Part shown: piece by piece, positions 57,488 to 64,000 of the stretch
Numbering within the stretch: position 1 is the stretch's first letter
Layout of the letters: each line of letters opens with the position of its first letter
Assembly (NCBI RefSeq): GCF_009914755.1
Contig: NC_060945.1
DNA: 64,000 nt
From: the human T2T-CHM13v2.0 reference genome, Homo sapiens
Strand: one strand, 5' to 3'
Notes under the pieces: generated by a model
What the model saw: only the letters and a program-made list of their open reading frames with translations
What the model was told of the DNA's origin: nothing
The model's database searches: none
Made by a program: the position numbers and the translations under genes

Positions 57488-58199
57488 CTAAGAAATCCAA
57501 AACTCTTCGATCTGTAAAGCAGTAATAAGCGAAGACTATCTTTATAATTTGTATTATGTTTGCAAAGGTAAAAGTCAGGACAATTCATTCTGTTTGGCTG
57601 AAAACACAGGGATGACAGGCACCTCCTGATTGCCAAACGCATGGATCTCCGCTTTGCTTCCCTGTCCTGATCCTTCCTGGCTACGCTGTCTCTGCTTCTG
57701 TCCCTCCCCAGCTGGACAACCTCCCACTGCCCAGCAGCTCCTGTGTCCCTCCCAGAGCTGAGACTCAAGCCTCGGTGCTCCATTCTGCTCCAAAATACTC
57801 TCCTCCCTGTCTCAATATCTTGGCTTTAGCCAGCATCTTGGGGCCTCATCATTAATTGATATGGGCTCAATCACCCCAGTGAGAACCAGTCCCACATTTT
57901 TGCCTCTGGTTCTGATTGGGAGATTTGCCTTCTATGTGCCAGGTCCTAAACTAGGCAAAGACTGGGATACAAAAGCAGAAAAAAATATATAAATTTTTAA
58001 AAAGTAGTGAGGAGCAGCTGCATAATTCTACAAACACACGTTTGTCTTCTACAGGAGTTGGGTGGGTGGGCGAGAGGCATGCTCTGTGTTGGACAAAGGG
58101 AACCAAGACAGTATTTAGTAAAAATCAAAATACGACAAAGAATAGCTGGTGCCCAGATGGGGAAAGGCTGAAGTCATGTAATAACTACTTATTAAATAA

Positions 58200-58615
58200 A
58201 TGGCTGATTTATTTAACCTACTTATTTAATTAGCACATCCTATGTGCTAAACACCAATCTAGGTGCCTGGGATACAGCAGTGAGTGAGCAGAACAAGCAA
58301 CTCCACCTGCCCTGGTGGGATGGGATCAAAGCAGACCATAAGCAAAATAAATCAACAACTTATACAGTACACTGGGTGCTGATACAAGCGACTGCTAGAA
58401 GGAGAGTGGTAAGGGAGGCAGGGGACCCAGTGGAGTGGGCAGTGGGTTGAATTTTAATAGGGTGGCCAGGATTGGATTCTTGGAGAATAATATTTGAAAG
58501 TGGTAAGGGAAGAGACGAAGAACATTTCAGAACATTCCAGAACTGTTCCAGAACCTTTCAGGATAGCAGACAGGGGTATACACAATGTGTATGAGGGACA
58601 GCAAGAAGGCCAATA
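58200..58615 (-). mobile_element. L2 fragment
   Basis: ttatttaattagcacatcctatgtgcta...ctaggtgcctgggatacagcagtgag...aatagggtggccagg. Confidence 0.6.
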
Positions 58616-60216
58616 ACTTTCTTTAGATTTAATTCCCAAAGTTTCTTCAAACCCAGGATGGAGGAGAATGACAAAAATCTACAGAGGCAGATCGCTGAGG
58701 GCCTGGTTGGTCATGGGGTGTGCTCGGCTCTTCTCGCTGAGTGAATGCTGTGCATTTGACTCTTACTGAAGAACACATTGATGCCGCCCTCTGCACTAAT
58801 GAGCACTGCTAGCCCTGTGTTTGCTTCACATGCTCCTGACTTTTATTCCTTCTGCCCTCATTCCATCCTCTCCCCTCCACCCCAGCTCAGCACATAGGAA
58901 ACTCTTCTTCCAGATCACAGCTGCTGCCCCGGAATGGGAGGAAAGATGAGGCAAGGACTTAACTCAGTGCCAGATTCATTGGAAACCCAGTGACTCTGCA
59001 TCATGACCCTTCCATAATCCACACCTTCTATTCTCTGATGGTCTGTCAAATTCAGTGGTGTTTCAATGAGCACCCACTAATTGAAGCTGCATGTTCTATG
59101 CACAGATTTATAGTGAAAATAATGAAGGGGGCAGCCATCCCAAACTCGGTCACAAGGCACTAAGTGACTCATGACCTGCAGGGGGCAGCTGCTAATGGGG
59201 AAGTTGGTCTGTAGCAAGGGTTAGCTGTGAATGTCATGTGTCACGTGGCTGATCCGTGTCAAAGAGACACACTTCGGGTCCATTAACAGCTCATCTCATT
59301 AACTCCGACTGTGTCACTTATTCTCTTGACTGCTCCTTTGTTGTGGGGGCTGCTGGTGCTAGGGGTGGTTGGGGAAGCCATGAAGACTGCGCTGAATGGT
59401 GTGGTCTTGGCTTCATGGCTATTCTCTGAGGTCGAGTGTATTAAAGTGGTATGATAACGCTTTATGCACTTTCACATGCAACACATGCAAATAAACTGAG
59501 TAGTTTGGGGTTGGAGCAATGAGATTTCCCAACATTAGGTAGGGACACTATGCCAGTGGCAGCAATCCCTTCCTCACTAAGCTTTGCAGTAGATACAGCA
59601 GAAATCTAAAACTCAAATTCCCATGGTGGCCAGACTTCATCAGAGATCCATAAACATTTCTGTAAAGACTCAGATAGTACAAATTTTGGGCTTTATGGGC
59701 CCATGTTATTCTTTTTTTTTTTTTTTAAAGATGAAAAAACTATGCTTAGTTCAAGGTCTGTAGGTGAAGTTTGGCTCACCGACTGTAGTTTGCTGATCCT
59801 TCAATGAATGGAGGATGGGAACTATGGCTCACTGAGGGGGTATGGTCAGCCTCTGGGATGGCCACTCCATGCTTAACTCCAGCTCATTGCTGCCAAGCAG
59901 GAACTCAAGAGGAACTCAAAATTTAGATTTTCAGCTGAAATTTCCAGATTTTAAAAATTAACATCGAATTTAAAAGTTTCGCACAACACTGAGCCGACTC
60001 ACATCCACAGGCCTGGTCTGTCGTGGGCTGCAGCTTATGGCCTGGGACATGCCCTATTCCATCAGGATGCGGGGAGGGCACCTCAAGCTCCAGATGCAGC
60101 CATTTCATGGGTGGTCACTGGAGCTCTGATGGGGGCTGTATTCTTTCCCCATCTTCTTTCCTCTCAGCCTTCCTGTCCTATCTTTCACCTTTCTCTACTT
60201 TTCTGCATGAAGTCCT

Positions 60217-60904
<688 letters not shown>

Positions 60905-60949
60905 CCCTTCAGAATTTCACTGTGGGTTTAATCCAGCATATATTTTCTC

Positions 60950-60953
60950 AACA

Positions 60954-60999
<46 letters not shown>

Positions 61000-61022
61000 C
61001 ACACACACACGCACACACACAT
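60950..61022. repeat. (CA)n microsatellite with interruptions
   Basis: Direct reading. Confidence 0.92.
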
Positions 61023-64000
61023 ACTCTGCTCATTGTGACACCCATTCTAAAGGCAATACTGTGGGTAATGTTTATAAACGTTCATCTCATACTTTCATCT
61101 CCCTTATGCCAGACACACACAAGGGACAGAATTGTAAGCACATATGCCCCCTGATGTGGAGGGGGCCACAGCCCCTCCACATCAGGTGGTATATCATCAT
61201 GGACAGCAGGGTCCATGAAGACATGATGATACACCTCAAAGGCTACTGTCAGCAAAATCCCTCCTCTGTCCTGAGCTGAGTAGTCCCTAACTACACATGG
61301 GAGATGGAAAAAGGCATTGCACCAGGGAGGAAGGCATTCTTGAACTTGACTTTTCAAGGAAGGGCACAGAAAAGGAGACATGGAACTTGTAGTGCCTTCA
61401 AGACAGGGGAAGAAGCACAACAATAGGGGTCTGGGAGCATGCAAAGGCAGGTGAGTGCTGGGCATTGGGCTCTGGGGAGTCACTAAGTGTCATTGCAAAG
61501 TAGTAGCATTGGGGGGCATCCTCGTGTGCCCAAGACTTGGGTACTAGATTACAGTAAAAGTGAGTGGGCTGACAGCTTCCGGAGGCTCCCATATGAGGAA
61601 TAAGGGAACAGTGGGACAAGGTCACCTCAAGACAGCTACAGCTCCTAAAAAGATGTGCCTTTGGGTTTACCTGCTGGGAAGGGGCAGCAGTGTCTACAGC
61701 CCCTGCTCAATACTCTAATGAGGATGCCTTTGGCCAGAGCACCCCATTCTAGGTAAGTCACACATGGGAAATTGACTTTTTAATTTCAGTCATGCAAACC
61801 TATGAACCAAGACAAAGACAAGTTATCTGCTGTAGCTTTTCATTTCTAGAACCTGCTCCTTTCCTTCCCTTCCCCTTAGCTCCTCTGAATATTAAAGGAG
61901 AGGGGCTGTGTGGGGCTGCCACAGCCAGCACACCCAGATACAATACAAAAGGCCAGCCTGGGAGCCAAAGAGGCAGCATCTGCATCTGTCTGCAGACATG
62001 CCAGGCAGCTGCCCTGCAGACCAGCACCCCAGAGGCTCTTCACCTGGCCTTCTGGCAGGGAGAGAGCTGCTTCCATGGCAACTGCCAGCCGCAGCAGAGG
62101 TCACAGAGGAAACGAAGAAAAAAGCAACAACAGCAGCATTAATAATGGCAATCAGAAAAGCAGGTGCAAAATGCACCACCGGAAAAATGCTGTTTTCCCG
62201 AGGAGGTGGCTGGGATGGGGCGAGATTAGAAAAGGGCTTGAGAGAGAAGGAGAAGATTGAGCAGGAAGTCAGAGATGACATTTTGGGCTGAAGGATGGGG
62301 ACAGCTTATTCTCCCTAAGTACCCAGCATAATGAAATCTCAGGGATCTGAGGAAGTTAGTGGGTTGTTTACATACATAATTAAATACAATTCTATTTTTT
62401 GCAGAAGCAGATTAACACTTATTTCCCACTTATTTCTGAGACATGCAAAGTATTTTCAGAGCTTGAGTTTTTTTCAGTGATCAGATATGTCTGTGTAAGG
62501 AGCAGAAAGGCATCATAATGTCCATTTTGCAGATGAGAAATCATACAGAGAATCCAAGTCTCAGAAATGGCTCACTCTCAGGCACTTCAGCCTAAAGATC
62601 TTCTGTCACTCACTCTTGAAAACAATTTTCAAGAACTGACATCTTCCAGCATTGAAAAATGGGCATTCCTCTGCAGTTCAGGAAGAGTTGTACATTTTAA
62701 CCTATTCTCTTGAAGACAACACTGATTACAGATATCAGAAGGGTGAAAATGTTGCATTTGATTGATCCAGCCATCTGACTTCTTAGGATTTAATCTAAGA
62801 AAATGATCTTGGAGATAGCAAAAGACATACCACCAGGATGTTCATTGTAGTGGTGTTTATACTAATGAAAACTCGAAAATAATTGACCCGTTTGGCAATA
62901 TGAGATTTGTTAAACACATAGTGAGAGATATCATTACAAATTGTAGAAAAGTACTTAAGAGATACATAAGCTCCATTTATATTTGGGATGCTGTTAATGA
63001 GGGTAGCAGAGATGAGGTGGTGGGAAGGAAGCCAAGATCAACCTCTCTTGAAAGTTGCAACAAACCTCCGGTCTTCTGTTAGCCATCTGGGTGTGGCAAT
63101 CACCTTAATCTTGGTGATGGAGAAACAGGGACTTGAGACTAAGCTGCCATCTTCCCTGCAGTAGGGAGTGGCTGATTGCTCTGATGGTGGGCAGGAAAAG
63201 AAGAGGTAGGTTTGGGAGCTGGACACCCTTTCCCTACAATAAATGGGCCAGGCATGCAATCCTTGTGGATGAAACCCAAGCGCAGTGGCTTCCTCTCCTC
63301 CTGCCAGGAGGCGGGCTGACAATCAGCATTCATGGACCATTGCCTGATTGCTCAGTTCTCTGCACACCTGTTAATTTCACCCCCCCGGAAACATGAGTGG
63401 CTCGCAGTGTGTTAAGGGGTGTGAATACACTGGTGCGTGCCTGTGTGCATGTGCGTGTGTGGGTGATGAAATTATTTAGCCAGTTATCACTGCCTGTTCC
63501 TGGGTTAGCTCTCAGTGGGAAAATGATGGAAGCTGTTTTGCCTTCTCCACAATGCTTATCTCTATCTTCTGAATTTGCAACACTAAATATAATGTTGTTT
63601 GTAATAGAAAAAAGAGCAAAAACATTATTTTTAAATATTGATGTTTCTAGTCAATAAAATAATCTGTTCCCCTTCCCACATCTCCCGCACAGTAAGCATG
63701 CTTGCAGATTCCTAGTTAAGCATTACTGCTTCCTCCCACACTGGACTTCACAGGGTCTCAGGAAAGAAACACACTCACGGTTCTCCTGTCAACCTGGATT
63801 CCATGTGTCCAAACAAAGGAATTGTAAAACGGCATGATTCTTTGAATCTCACCAGATTGTTAGCCTCATACGTCTTTCTTTTAAGTCTTGGGTATGGGAA
63901 ACTTGAACTAAATCCTATTTGAAGAGCAGTGCCTTCAAAGTAAGATGCAGAGCGCTGTCTGCGTTTTTTATAGGGCACAGAACTACGGAGAGCACGCATC

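Overview
This is human-like (primate) genomic DNA from inside a large minus-strand gene that I recognise as DSCAM (Down syndrome cell adhesion molecule, chr21). Five coding exons lie on the minus strand: 52398-52468, 29676-29916, 27743-27889, 19040-19195 and 9381-9514. All have canonical GT-AG boundaries and splice in frame. Together they encode fibronectin type III repeats 2 and 3 and the first half of repeat 4. The 71-nt exon is missed by the ORF track. The rest (~99%) is intron, filled with Alus, L1 3' ends, L2/MIR, MaLR and MER4 LTRs, hAT DNA-transposon relics and simple or tandem repeats. Nearly all ORFs in the supplied track are repeat-derived or chance. I found no evidence of a new multi-gene system. 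The items most worth checking are small-scale: a tandem in-frame 3' splice site at the FNIII-3/4 linker, a strong CTCF motif beside an exonic CpG island, a perfect 19-bp hairpin, a 30-bp repeat with three phased CCAAT boxes, an 80-bp dimeric minisatellite, a dispersed 60-bp duplication, and several unusual retroelement structures. Repeat subfamily names and repeat boundaries were assigned by eye and are approximate.
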